DNA of 64,000 bases from Planctomycetia bacterium. GTDB taxonomy: Bacteria; Planctomycetota; Planctomycetia; Pirellulales; UBA1268. The translations under genes and the position numbers were made by a program. Location: the NCBI GenBank assembly GCA_021414115.1, contig JAIOPD010000015.1:5424-69423 (forward strand). The letters are read 5' to 3'. Below, piece by piece: positions 19,422 to 31,178 of this stretch. Below the pieces are notes generated by a model. That model did not search any database and had not been told where the DNA came from. It saw only the letters and a program-made list of their open reading frames with translations. Numbering within the stretch: position 1 is the stretch's first letter; the number at the start of each line of letters is the position of its first letter.

Positions 19422-20285
19422 TCAGAGAAGCTTGCGCGGGCCTTCGGGACGGAAGAAGTCGTGGACGTTGTTGAGCCAGATTCCCAGAAACAGGTCGAGG
19501 ATGAGGATCAGGACGAACGAGTGGACGAAGGCGTTGGTCGCGGCCCGACCGACGCCCTCGGCGCCGGGCTCGCAGTGGAAACCGTGATGGCAACTCACCA
19601 GGGCGATCGCCGCGCCAAAGAACAGGGTCTTGAAGATGCCGAGGAGGAAGTCGAAGACATCGACGTATTCGCGGGAGTTGGCCCAGTAATGGTGGTAGTC
19701 GATCCCCAGGAGCACGTGTGAGTAGAAGTAGCCGCCGAGCACGCCCATGAAGTCGGCCATGACCGTGAGCGACGGGATGAGGATCAGGCAGCCGAGAAAC
19801 CGCGGCACGACGAGGTAGTAGATGGGGTTGGCCCCCATGCTCTCCAGCGCGTCGATCTGCTCGGTGACCCGCATCGTGCCGAGTTCGGCCGCCATCGCGC
19901 TGCCGACGCGGCCCGCCAGCATCGTGGCCGCGAGCACGGGCCCGAGTTCCCGTACGAGCGACAGGTTGATGACCGATCCGAGACGGGTCTGCAGCCCGAG
20001 TGCCTTGAACTGGGCGTAGCTCTGCACTGCGAGCACCATGCCGATAAACAGGCCGGTGAGCGCCACCACGGGCAGCGACATGACGCCGATCTGATAGAAG
20101 TTGGGCAGGAGCACGTCTCGCCGCTGCCGGCGGGCGAAGATCCAGCCGATGGTCTGGATGGCGAAGACGGCCACGTCGCCGACGCCCGTGACCCAGTCCA
20201 TGGCGAACTGCCCGAGGTTCGCCACCTGATTGGCGAACCAACCGGTGACGCCCGCAGGCGGGGAGGCGGAGGAACGTGCGGCCAT
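19422..20285 (-). CDS. MlaE family ABC transporter permease
   Basis: In-frame ATG at 20285 within ORF 19422..20465. The conserved block LGPVLAATMLAGRVGSAMAAELGTMRVTEQIDALESMG is typical of MlaE. Confidence 0.85.
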   Translation of the reverse strand: MAARSSASPPAGVTGWFANQVANLGQFAMDWVTGVGDVAVFAIQTIGWIFARRQRRDVLLPNFYQIGVMSLPVVALTGLFIGMVLAVQSYAQFKALGLQTRLGSVINLSLVRELGPVLAATMLAGRVGSAMAAELGTMRVTEQIDALESMGANPIYYLVVPRFLGCLILIPSLTVMADFMGVLGGYFYSHVLLGIDYHHYWANSREYVDVFDFLLGIFKTLFFGAAIALVSCHHGFHCEPGAEGVGRAATNAFVHSFVLILILDLFLGIWLNNVHDFFRPEGPRKLL

Positions 20286-20539
20286 GGGAGCGAGTCCAAG
20301 CAGGGTGTGCGCGATTGGGGGCGCATCAAACCCTGCAGGTCGTATCGGCCGTGCGGGTCGGGCAACATGAGCCGGCCGGAAGGAGTGCCGGGCGAACGGG
20401 CAGGCTGGGCATGTCGGGGCGGGCAGGTGAAGAACGAAGCTCGCCGAGCGTTCGCCGACCCCCATCGCCTTGTTCGGCGAGAGATCCTGGGCGTGCCCGT
20501 GCCTTCGCGCTTCGGTGCCGATTTCGCGGCTGGACGCGG

Positions 20540-23086
<2,547 letters not shown>

Positions 23087-23303
23087 GGGCGAGTGTCCTA
23101 AGTGCGAAATGCCGGGGCGAAATCCTGGGCCGAATCCTGCTCGGTCCTGTTCGTCGGGCCGGCGTGCCAATCCGGCAGTCGCCGCCCCTCATCTTGTGGA
23201 GCAGCAAACCTTACGCCAAACCCGTCGGAGGATTCTAGGAGCGACGGCCAGGAAAGTCTGTCTGCGGGTCGTTCGACCGGTGAAAACGCGGCTTTCCCCG
23301 GTT

Positions 23304-23915
23304 TCAGGCCGCCGCTGTGCGGCCGTGGGCGGCGGTGGACTCCTCGCGGAGCGGCAGAACGACTGAATCGTCGTCGGTGTCGTCGGGCCGCCCGGCCGCG
23401 AGCCGGTGGAGTTCCTTGGCAATCGCCCCACGCCATGCCGCACCGCAATCGCTGCGGGAGAGTTTCTCGAGGGCCTGCCGAGCTTCGGGCTTGCGGCCGA
23501 CGCGGCGCAGGAGCGTGCCGAGGAGGAGTTGGGCTTCGCCGTCGGTCGGTGCGAGGTCGAGGAGTTCACGGAGCCGCGTTTCCGCACGGAGCCAGTCCCG
23601 CGCGAGATAAGCGTCTCGGGCTCTTGCAAAGAGGGCATCGGCCTCCGCGGCCCGGACCGCTGGAATCGCCGACGGGAAGGCGGATGCCGCAGAGACCGTC
23701 GATACCAGCCAGATCACGGCCGTCGCCGTCCAAAGCCCGAGGACGAACGGCAGTTCGACGAGCCCGGGCCAGATCCAGGTGGCGACCACCGCGATGTCGA
23801 GCGACACGGCGAACGCCAGCGCGAGCGCGAGCCCCATGAGGCTGCCCCGCAGCCAGAGCCAGGGAAGTCCTGGCCAGACGAGCGTGAGGTAGCGGAAGGG
23901 GGCCATGGCTCTCAT
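23304..23915 (-). CDS. membrane protein with a C-terminal TPR-like segment (hypothetical)
   Basis: ATG at 23915 (alternative ATG at 23906). About three hydrophobic segments, then ADALFARARDAYLARDWLRAETRLRELLDLAPTDGEAQLLLG. No specific family recognised. Confidence 0.55.
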   Translation of the reverse strand: MRAMAPFRYLTLVWPGLPWLWLRGSLMGLALALAFAVSLDIAVVATWIWPGLVELPFVLGLWTATAVIWLVSTVSAASAFPSAIPAVRAAEADALFARARDAYLARDWLRAETRLRELLDLAPTDGEAQLLLGTLLRRVGRKPEARQALEKLSRSDCGAAWRGAIAKELHRLAAGRPDDTDDDSVVLPLREESTAAHGRTAAA

Positions 23916-25116
23916 CCGAGGCGCTTTCGGGGCGGGGGAGTGTAGGAATCGGGGTGGCTTTCTCCAAGGCGAGTGGCGAGCGTGCTACAACGGGGAAAAC
24001 GAAGGAAAGGCGGCGGCTGTGCAACCCGGTGAATCAAACGGCACGAGCGGGTCCGGGTCTTCGGCCGGCATCTGGCGGGCCGTCGATGCCTCGGCCAATC
24101 GTGCGTCCGAGGCCCTGCGGGTGATCGAGGACGTCGTTCGCTTCAGTCTCGACGACGTCATGCTCACGGCACTCGCGAAGGACCTGCGACATGAACTGGC
24201 CGCGGTGCTCGCCCGGCCGGAACTGGCAGGCCGCAGCGCCGCCCGGGACGTGCCGGGCGACGTCGGCCAGGGCCTCGACGCCGCCGCGTCTCTGCCGCGA
24301 ACCGGGATCGCCGACCTCGTGGCCGCCAACGCCGCCCGCGGCACGCAGGCACTGCGGAGCCTCGAGGAGTGCGTCGCCGTCGTGGCTCCGGGAACTCCGA
24401 GCGGTTTCGAGCGCATTCGCTACCGGCTCTACGATCTCGAGCGACGCGTGATGGCGATCGTGCGGGCCCGGGACAGGCTCGCGGGAGTCACGCTCTGCGT
24501 GCTCGTCGATGGCCGGGACGACGTCGCCGTCTTCGAGCGGCTCGTGGAAGGCCTCTTTGGGGCGGGTGTGCGGATGCTCCAGATCCGCGACAAGGATCTG
24601 CCGATCGCCTTCGTCACCGACCGCATGCAGCGGGCGGTGACCATCGCGCGCCGACACGACCCCGCGCGGCCGCCGCTGGTGGTCGTGAACGACCGGCCCG
24701 ATGTCGCCGTGGCGGTCGGCGCCGACGGAGTCCATGTCGGGGCCGATGATTTGCCGGTGCCGCTCGTCCGTCGGGTGCTGGGGCCTGGCAGCGTCATCGG
24801 CAGCACGGCGCATTCGATCGCGGAGGCCCGCACAGCGGCCGCCGCCGGAGCCGACTACCTCGGGATCGGTCCCTGCTTCCCCTCGGCCACGAAGTCGTTC
24901 GCCGAGCACGCCCCGCCGGAGTTTCTGCGGACGGTCTGCCGTGAGCTCGCGATCCCGTCGTTTGCGATCGGCGGCGTTACGCTCGAGCGGCTCGAGACGC
25001 TCGCAGCGCTCGGCGTCAGACGCGTGGCCGTCGCCTCCGCCGTGACGCGGGCGGCCGACCCGCTCCGCGTCGCCCGGGCGCTGCTCGAGCGGCTGGAATC
25101 GCTGCATCAATCGTGA
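23905..25116 (+). CDS. thiE: thiamine-phosphate synthase with an extra N-terminal domain of about 170 aa
   Basis: The C-terminal half is ThiE-like (LQIRDKDL, VNDRPDVAVAVGADGVHVG, GIGPCFPSATK, AIGGV). An ATG at 23905 would overlap the divergent gene start by 11 nt. An in-frame GTG at 24019 is an alternative start. Confidence 0.8.
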   Translation: MALIRGAFGAGECRNRGGFLQGEWRACYNGENEGKAAAVQPGESNGTSGSGSSAGIWRAVDASANRASEALRVIEDVVRFSLDDVMLTALAKDLRHELAAVLARPELAGRSAARDVPGDVGQGLDAAASLPRTGIADLVAANAARGTQALRSLEECVAVVAPGTPSGFERIRYRLYDLERRVMAIVRARDRLAGVTLCVLVDGRDDVAVFERLVEGLFGAGVRMLQIRDKDLPIAFVTDRMQRAVTIARRHDPARPPLVVVNDRPDVAVAVGADGVHVGADDLPVPLVRRVLGPGSVIGSTAHSIAEARTAAAAGADYLGIGPCFPSATKSFAEHAPPEFLRTVCRELAIPSFAIGGVTLERLETLAALGVRRVAVASAVTRAADPLRVARALLERLESLHQS

Positions 25117-25137
25117 GACCGGGCAGGCCGGTCCGGC

Positions 25138-25686
25138 TCACTGTTCTTTGAGCAGCGTGACGATCGCCGCCGCGATGTCGGCCTCGTCGCTCGAGCGATA
25201 GCCGGTCCAGACGCGGCGCACGCGGGCATCCGGACCGATGAGATAGGTCGTGGGGAATGCCTCCAAGCCGTACGCCGAGGCGAAGAGCGACGCGGCGAGC
25301 GGATCGGAGAGTGCCCAGGCGGAGACGGCGAGCTGCCGAGCGGCGAGAAACTCCCGCGTCTCGCGGGCAAGATCATCGAGGGTTTCGTCGCCCCCCGAAC
25401 CGCACGAGACGGCAACGAGCTGGAAGGCGGGCTCACCAGCGAGCCGGTCGGCGATGCGGACAAGTCCCGGCAGTTCCTGGCGGCAGGGCGGGCACCAGGT
25501 GCCCCAGAAGTTGAGCAACGTCACCTGGCCCGCGAGGGACGGCGCGGGCAGCGCGGGATCGCCGATCGCCACGACCGGCAGTGGCCCCATCCGCCGGCCG
25601 ATCGCCGGGTGCGCGGGCCGGCCGTCACCGCAGCCGGCGACCAGGGCGGTTATCACGGCGGCGATCACGAGGTATGCGGGTCGCAT
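25138..25686 (-). CDS. TlpA/redoxin-family thiol:disulfide oxidoreductase, lipoprotein
   Basis: In-frame ATG at 25686. Lipobox LVAGC and the thioredoxin motif WGTWCPPC. The upstream part of ORF 25138..25800 runs over repeat B2. Confidence 0.8.
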   Translation of the reverse strand: MRPAYLVIAAVITALVAGCGDGRPAHPAIGRRMGPLPVVAIGDPALPAPSLAGQVTLLNFWGTWCPPCRQELPGLVRIADRLAGEPAFQLVAVSCGSGGDETLDDLARETREFLAARQLAVSAWALSDPLAASLFASAYGLEAFPTTYLIGPDARVRRVWTGYRSSDEADIAAAIVTLLKEQ

Positions 25687-25734
25687 TGAGACGGCACCGG
25701 ATTGGCTCTCTGAGCGTGGCATGCTGTCCTTTTC

Positions 25735-25845
25735 GGGAAGCACCAAGCGCGAGCGCGGGGAATACGCCCTCCACCCCGACTCGTTCCGCGGTGGATTCAT
25801 GGCTCGCTACCCGTCTACCCGTCGCTCGCGTTCCGGGCTTCCTTG
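25735..25845 (-). repeat. family B palindromic repeat (B2)
   Basis: The reverse complement reads ggaagcccggaacgcgagcgacgggtagacggg ... ggggtggagggcgtattccccgcgctcgcgcttggtgcttccc. The block ggggtggagggcgtattccccgcgct is identical to the one in B3. Confidence 0.6.
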
Positions 25846-25891
25846 GCTCCCGCCGCCAGCCGGCTTTCTTCCCGCGCCCAACCGGATGGAC

Positions 25892-27076
25892 TTACTTGTC
25901 TCTGGCAAACAGGACACACACCGGCGCCGGCACATCGATCGACGTGCCGGTGAACCCCAGGGCTCCCGTCGCTGGGTCGATCGCGAACACGGTCACGGTG
26001 TTCGAATCCTGGCCGGCCGCGAGCAGGTAGCGGCCCGTGGGATCGATCGCGAAGCTGCGCGGTGTCTTGCCGCGGATGGGCTCCACGCCCTGAAACGTGA
26101 GCCGGCGGGTCGCGGCGTCGATCGTGTACCTGGCGATCGAGTGATGGCCGCGGTTCGACGCGTAGAGAAACTTTCCGCTCGGGTGAACGGCGATCTCGGC
26201 CGTCGAGAAACCGGTGCGATCGACCACATCGGCGGGAATCGTGGAGAGCGTCTCGACGGCGGCGAGCGTCCCGGACGCCGCATCGTAGGCGAAGCCCGTC
26301 ACGGTGAGGTCGAGTTCGTTGACGCACCAGGCGTGGCGGCCGTCGGGGTGCAGGGCGAAGTGTCGCGGCCCTGCCCCCGCCTTCACCTTCGCGGTCGTAT
26401 GCGGGGCGAGGGTGGCCCGGTCTCGGTCGAGGGCGTACACGAGCACCTCGTCGAGGCCGAGGTCGCACACGAACGCGAACCGTCCATCGGGCGAGACATC
26501 GACCGAATGGGCGTGGGGCTTCTCCTGCCGCTTCGGCTTGATGCCCGGCTCTCCCGCCCGCGAGAAGGTGTGTTGAATGAAGCCGGCGGGCGTGCCGGTG
26601 GCGACCGGCTCGAGGCTGCCGTCCTCGGCCACGCCCAGGCAGATCGTGCTGCCCCCGCCGTAGTTGGCCGCGAGCACGACCCGGCCCTCGCGATCGAAGC
26701 ACACATGACATGCCCCGCTTCCGCCGGTGGAGCGATGATTTTTCGCAGTGAGCCTTCCGGTCGAGACATCGATCCCGAACGCGGTGACCGCGGCCCCGGG
26801 CAACCCCTCCACGTCGGCCACTTCCGCGACGGCGCAGAGCACGGGCAGTACGGGATGCGCCGCGAGAAACGAAGGGTTTTTCGCCGCTGCGGCGAGCGTC
26901 GGCGGCGCGAGCGTGCCCGCCTCGTCGTCGAATCGCGAGACGTAGATCCCCTCCGACTTGGATTGCGGATTGGTGTAGGTGCCGAACCAGACGAGCCGCT
27001 CGGCAGCCCGTGCGGTGGGCGCGAGCGAGACCATGCAGCCGCAGAGCATCATGGCGGTGACGCGGATGGACGCCAT
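25892..27076 (-). CDS. secreted lactonase family beta-propeller protein (6-phosphogluconolactonase-like)
   Basis: ATG at 27076, signal peptide, and repeated blade motifs (..AHSVDVSPDGRFAFVCDLGLDEVLVY.., ..FALHPDGRHAWCVNEL.., ..IAVHPSGKFLYASNRG.., ..FAIDPTGRYLLAAGQDS..). Confidence 0.8.
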   Translation of the reverse strand: MASIRVTAMMLCGCMVSLAPTARAAERLVWFGTYTNPQSKSEGIYVSRFDDEAGTLAPPTLAAAAKNPSFLAAHPVLPVLCAVAEVADVEGLPGAAVTAFGIDVSTGRLTAKNHRSTGGSGACHVCFDREGRVVLAANYGGGSTICLGVAEDGSLEPVATGTPAGFIQHTFSRAGEPGIKPKRQEKPHAHSVDVSPDGRFAFVCDLGLDEVLVYALDRDRATLAPHTTAKVKAGAGPRHFALHPDGRHAWCVNELDLTVTGFAYDAASGTLAAVETLSTIPADVVDRTGFSTAEIAVHPSGKFLYASNRGHHSIARYTIDAATRRLTFQGVEPIRGKTPRSFAIDPTGRYLLAAGQDSNTVTVFAIDPATGALGFTGTSIDVPAPVCVLFARDK

Positions 27077-27142
27077 CTTGAAAAACCCTCATGCTGCCGG
27101 AATGAATCGATCACTTGGATCCGGAGCCGCTGATCCTACCCC

Positions 27143-28453
27143 ATGACCGACGGCCGCACAGCAGCGAGGCCCGCCGCCGACCGCGAAGCCCGCAACACGT
27201 TCTGGTTGGAGTGCTACCAGGTCGTCGTCCGCGTCGGCTGGATCTTCAAAACCGAGACGATCATCATGCCGGCGGTGCTCGACGCCGTCGTCGATTCGGG
27301 GTTTCTGCGGGGCCTGCTGCCCGTGCTCAACCGCGGAGGGCAGAGCGTGCCCCCGCTGCTGTTTGCCGGTGCCCTCGCGCGGCGACCGGTGAAGAAGTGG
27401 ACGCTCGTCCGGACGAGCCTCGCGATGGCGGCCTGCTTCGCGGTGTTGGCCGTTGTCTGGGGGCCGCTCCAGGCCGGCCGGCCGGACTTGTTGGCGGTGG
27501 TGTTTCTCGTCGTCTACGCCGCCTTCTCGTCGGCCAACGGTCTCAACCAGCTCGTGGCCGCCGCGTTGCAAGGGAAACTCATCTCGCCCGGACACCGCGG
27601 CAGGGCCATGGTGATGAGCGTCGCGATCGGCAGCGTGCTGGCCATCGTCGCAGCGGTATTGCTACTCGGACCCTGGCTCCGCGAGCCCGACGGCTTTCCC
27701 AAGATCTTCGGCGTCACCGCGGCGTTCTTCGCCCTGGCGGCCCTGGCGCCCCTGATGATCGACGAGCACCCCGACGAGCCGGCGCGGGCGACCGTGGACA
27801 GCGGCGGCACCGCAGGCTGGTTCGCCCGATCGGTCATCGCGGTGCGACACGGCGTGGCCCTCTGGCGGGTGACGATCGCCCGTGATCGGGCGCTCGTGCG
27901 GCTCTCGATGGTGGCGGCCTGCTTCTCGGCGGTGCTGATGCTGTTTCCGCACTACCAGGCGTTTGCCCGTGACCGGCTCGGCAGCGGTACGGGCAGCCTC
28001 TTGGCATGGGTCGTCACGCAAAACGCCGCGACCGGTCTCGCGAGCCTCGTGGCCGGTCCGGTCGCCGACCGCCGGGGCACACGGATCGTGCTCGTCTGGC
28101 TCGTCGCGCTCTCGTCGCTCACGCCCCTGGTGGTGACGGCGCTCTCGCTGGCGGCGCACGCCGTCGCCGTGGAGTGGTTCTGGATCGTCTACGTTCCGCT
28201 CGGACTCAATCCGATTTCGCTCAAACTCTTCACGAACTACGCGCTCGAACTGGCACCACGGGCCGCCGATCACCCCCGATACGTGAGCATCGTGGGGGCG
28301 GCGCTGGCGGCGCCGTTCGTGCTCTCGCCCCTGGTGGGCCTGGCGGTCGACGTGTTCGGGTTTCGGCACGTCTTCGTGACGGGCGCGGCCGTGATCGCCG
28401 CCGGGGCCTTTCTCGCCCTCGGCCTGCCGGAACCTCGGCATTCACCCGGCTGA
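27143..28453 (+). CDS. MFS-type transporter
   Basis: ATG at 27143, 436 aa, about 12 hydrophobic segments in two halves. Substrate unknown. Confidence 0.75.
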   Translation: MTDGRTAARPAADREARNTFWLECYQVVVRVGWIFKTETIIMPAVLDAVVDSGFLRGLLPVLNRGGQSVPPLLFAGALARRPVKKWTLVRTSLAMAACFAVLAVVWGPLQAGRPDLLAVVFLVVYAAFSSANGLNQLVAAALQGKLISPGHRGRAMVMSVAIGSVLAIVAAVLLLGPWLREPDGFPKIFGVTAAFFALAALAPLMIDEHPDEPARATVDSGGTAGWFARSVIAVRHGVALWRVTIARDRALVRLSMVAACFSAVLMLFPHYQAFARDRLGSGTGSLLAWVVTQNAATGLASLVAGPVADRRGTRIVLVWLVALSSLTPLVVTALSLAAHAVAVEWFWIVYVPLGLNPISLKLFTNYALELAPRAADHPRYVSIVGAALAAPFVLSPLVGLAVDVFGFRHVFVTGAAVIAAGAFLALGLPEPRHSPG

Positions 28454-28543
28454 GCGTTTCCGACTATCATGCGGCCAGCGGGAACAGGTCCGGGTGCCGT
28501 CACCAGTGCCGGACTTCACCATATCACCCCTCAGGAGTGCGTC

Positions 28544-28993
28544 ATGAAGAATCATCGTCTCGCCGGCATGTCCGCGTTGCTCGTCGCCGTCATCTGCTCG
28601 ACCGTCGCCATGTCGGCCGCGGTCAAGGAACCGAAGGACGCCAAGTGTCCGGTGTCGGGGCACGAATGTGATCCGGCGGCATCAGCCGACGTGGCGGGAG
28701 GCAAGGTCTACTTCTGCTGCGAGAAGTGTGTGGCCGCGTTCACGGGCGACCCGGCCAAGTTCACTCCCAAGGCACACCAACAGATGGTGAGCACCGGTCA
28801 GCTCGTGCAGAAGGGCTGCCCGTTCAGTGGCGGCCCCGTGAAGCCGGGCACACAACTCGCGATCGGCGATGCCGAGGTTGGCTTCTGCTGCCCCAACTGC
28901 AAGGCCAAGGTCGAGAAGGCCTCGCCGGACGACCAGGTCGCGATGGTCTTCGGGAAGGTCGACAAGGGCTTCTCGGCACCGACGAAAAAGTAG
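28544..28993 (+). CDS. secreted Cys-rich protein with two YHS/TRASH-like metal-binding modules
   Basis: ATG at 28544 with CAGGAG upstream. Signal peptide. Two modules: CPVSGHEC..KVYFCCEKCVAAF and CPFSGGPV..VGFCCPNCKAKV. Confidence 0.65.
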   Translation: MKNHRLAGMSALLVAVICSTVAMSAAVKEPKDAKCPVSGHECDPAASADVAGGKVYFCCEKCVAAFTGDPAKFTPKAHQQMVSTGQLVQKGCPFSGGPVKPGTQLAIGDAEVGFCCPNCKAKVEKASPDDQVAMVFGKVDKGFSAPTKK

Positions 28994-29020
28994 GCTCTTC
29001 GAGGGATCGGCGACCCCCTT

Positions 29021-29077
29021 CGCCTACCCGCCCTGGTTTGCCAAAACGACGCTCCAGAGCCTCCGGATGCGCTCTAG
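29021..29077 (+). repeat. family C short repeat (C2)
   Basis: cgcctacccgccctggtttgccaaaacgacgct followed by ccggatgcgctctag, which is the reverse complement of the ctagagcgcatccg motif at 6861. Confidence 0.45.
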
Positions 29078-29096
29078 GGTGCGTGGCGGAGAACTG

Positions 29097-29136
29097 AAAT
29101 ACTCCGCACGGGCCCTGGTGCCCGTGCGGAGTATTT
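29097..29136 (+). promoter_or_regulatory. perfect 17-bp stem-loop abutting the lpxB start codon
   Basis: aaatactccgcacgggc (29097..29113) / loop cctggt / gcccgtgcggagtattt (29120..29136). The right arm contains GGAG at 29128..29131, 6 nt before the ATG at 29138. Confidence 0.6.
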
Positions 29137-29137
29137 C

Positions 29138-30373
29138 ATGCGCGTCTTCCTCTCGGCCGGCGAGCCCTCGGGCGATCACCATGCGGCGCTGCTCGTGCGC
29201 GCGATTCGGGCGCGACGGCCCGACGCGGTGTGTGTCGGGCTGGGCGGGCCCCACATGCAGGCGGAGGGCTGCAGGCTCGTCGCCGACATGACGACGCTCG
29301 CGGTCATGTGGTTTCTGCGGTCGTTGGTCAACATCCACCGTTTCGTCGACCTGGCCCGTCGGGCGGAGCGGAACTTCCTCGACGCCCGGCCCGACGTCTG
29401 CGTGCTCGTCGACTTCCCGGGCTTCCACTGGTGGCTGGCGTGGCGGGCGAAACGGCATGGGATTCCCGTCGTCTTCTATTGCCCGCCGCAGATCTGGGCG
29501 TGGGCGAGTTGGCGGATCAAGAAGATGCGCCGGCTGGTCGACCACGTGCTTTCCGCGCTGCCCTTCGAGCACGACTGGTTCACGGCCCGGGGGATGCAAA
29601 GCACGCTCGTCGGCCACCCCTTCTTCGACGAACTGAACCCGGCCGAACCGCGCGGTGCCGAGGATTCCACGCACCCGCTCGTCCTGCTCCTGCCGGGATC
29701 TCGTGGCCAGGAGATCGAGAGCAATCTGGGCACGCTCGTGAAGGCGGCGGCGGCGATCCAGGCGGAGGTCCCGGGGGCTCGCTTCGCCATCGGGGCGCTC
29801 CACGACCGACACGCACGGCGCATCAGCGAGATCATTGAGGCCGGTACCATGGGCCGCGGCCTCGGCATCGAGATCCACGCCGGCCGAACGCGGAGCCTGA
29901 TCGGCAGGGCGACGGCTGCGATCGCCTGCTCCGGGTCGGTATCGCTCGAGCTGCTCGCCGCGCGGGTGCCGACCGTGATCGTCTACCGGCTCACAGGCTG
30001 GGCGTACGTCGTGCAGAGCTGGCTCCGCCAGGCCCGGTATTTCACGCTGGTGAATCTGCTCGCGGCGCGAGAACCGATCGGCCCGGCGCAGGGCGTGTGG
30101 CTGCCGCCATTGACGGTGCCGCCTGCCGACCCCGAAGCCGCCTATCCTGAATACCTCGCCGTGCAGGATCCCGCCGATCGGATGGCGGGGCATGTCGTCG
30201 AGTGGCTCGTTGACGCAGAGGCGCGGCAACGGGTCGTCGAACGGCTGGAGGCAATCGCATCCGTCGTGGCCCGCCCCGGATCGGCCGACCGCGCCGCAGA
30301 CGCCGTGCTCGCGATGGCCGTGCGCGGCTGCGGCGCGGCTCCGGCGGAAGTCGCCGATCGCCGCGCAGCCTGA
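29138..30373 (+). CDS. lpxB: lipid-A-disaccharide synthase
   Basis: N-terminal MRVFLSAGEPSGDHHAA motif and the overall LpxB pattern (VDFPGFHWWLAWRAKRHGIPVVFYCPPQIWAW). Confidence 0.9.
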   Translation: MRVFLSAGEPSGDHHAALLVRAIRARRPDAVCVGLGGPHMQAEGCRLVADMTTLAVMWFLRSLVNIHRFVDLARRAERNFLDARPDVCVLVDFPGFHWWLAWRAKRHGIPVVFYCPPQIWAWASWRIKKMRRLVDHVLSALPFEHDWFTARGMQSTLVGHPFFDELNPAEPRGAEDSTHPLVLLLPGSRGQEIESNLGTLVKAAAAIQAEVPGARFAIGALHDRHARRISEIIEAGTMGRGLGIEIHAGRTRSLIGRATAAIACSGSVSLELLAARVPTVIVYRLTGWAYVVQSWLRQARYFTLVNLLAAREPIGPAQGVWLPPLTVPPADPEAAYPEYLAVQDPADRMAGHVVEWLVDAEARQRVVERLEAIASVVARPGSADRAADAVLAMAVRGCGAAPAEVADRRAA

Positions 30374-30404
30374 TCCGTCGTCGCTCGTGTACAATTGCCG
30401 CACG

Positions 30405-31178
30405 ATGCTCGCCGAACCGCAGTCAACCTCCGCCGATCTCGAGTTCGATCTTGCCGGCATCCGCGTCCGCGTGTCGGCCTGGTTTTGGTTGGCCGCGGCC
30501 CTCCTGGGCTGGAACGTCTGCCAGGCCTTTTCCGGGGGCGATCAGCGGATGCTGCTGCAGATGCTCGTGATCTGGATCGGCGTCGTCCTGCTGTCGATCC
30601 TCGTGCACGAAATGGGCCACGCCCTCGCCTACCGCGGCTTCGGCCAGTCGGCCCACGTGGTGCTCTACCACTTCGGCGGTCTGGCGGTTCCGGATTCGTG
30701 GGGCCGGCGGCATCTGCGGCCGTTCGAACGGCTGCTCGTCTCGGCCGCCGGGCCGTTGGCTCAACTGTTCCTCGCCGGGCTGGTCATCATCGGCCTCAAG
30801 GCCACGGGTTACGCAGTGCCCTTTCCGATCCCCGGGATCGCGGTCTTCGAGAACTCCGCCGGCCGCGGCTTCTCGTCGCCCCTCGTCTACGCCCTCTTCG
30901 ACTTCCTGCTCTACGTCAACATCTTCTGGCCGCTTTTGAACCTCATCCCGGTGCCACCGCTCGACGGCGGCCAGATCGTCCGCGAGGGACTGCTGACGCT
31001 CGGCGTATCGGATGCCTATCGGATCGCCGGCATGATCGGCGTGGTGGCCGGCGGCGCCGTGGCCTGGTGGGGCTACACCCGCGGCCAGCCGTTTCTCGGG
31101 ATCATGTTCGCGATGCTGGCCGCGTCTTGCTTCCAGGGCCTTTCGGCCGGTGACACGCCGTGGCGGCGTTGGAACTGA
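30405..31178 (+). CDS. M50 (site-2 protease) family membrane metalloprotease
   Basis: In-frame ATG at 30405. HEMGHAL zinc motif inside a TM segment and the second motif NLIPVPPLDGGQIV. Confidence 0.8.
   Translation: MLAEPQSTSADLEFDLAGIRVRVSAWFWLAAALLGWNVCQAFSGGDQRMLLQMLVIWIGVVLLSILVHEMGHALAYRGFGQSAHVVLYHFGGLAVPDSWGRRHLRPFERLLVSAAGPLAQLFLAGLVIIGLKATGYAVPFPIPGIAVFENSAGRGFSSPLVYALFDFLLYVNIFWPLLNLIPVPPLDGGQIVREGLLTLGVSDAYRIAGMIGVVAGGAVAWWGYTRGQPFLGIMFAMLAASCFQGLSAGDTPWRRWN

Noticed and set aside
23800-24020. TPP riboswitch upstream of thiE
   Set aside because: The region is occupied by the divergent membrane/TPR gene. I could not find the conserved CUGAGA or ACCUGAUCUGGAUAAUGCCAGCG elements.
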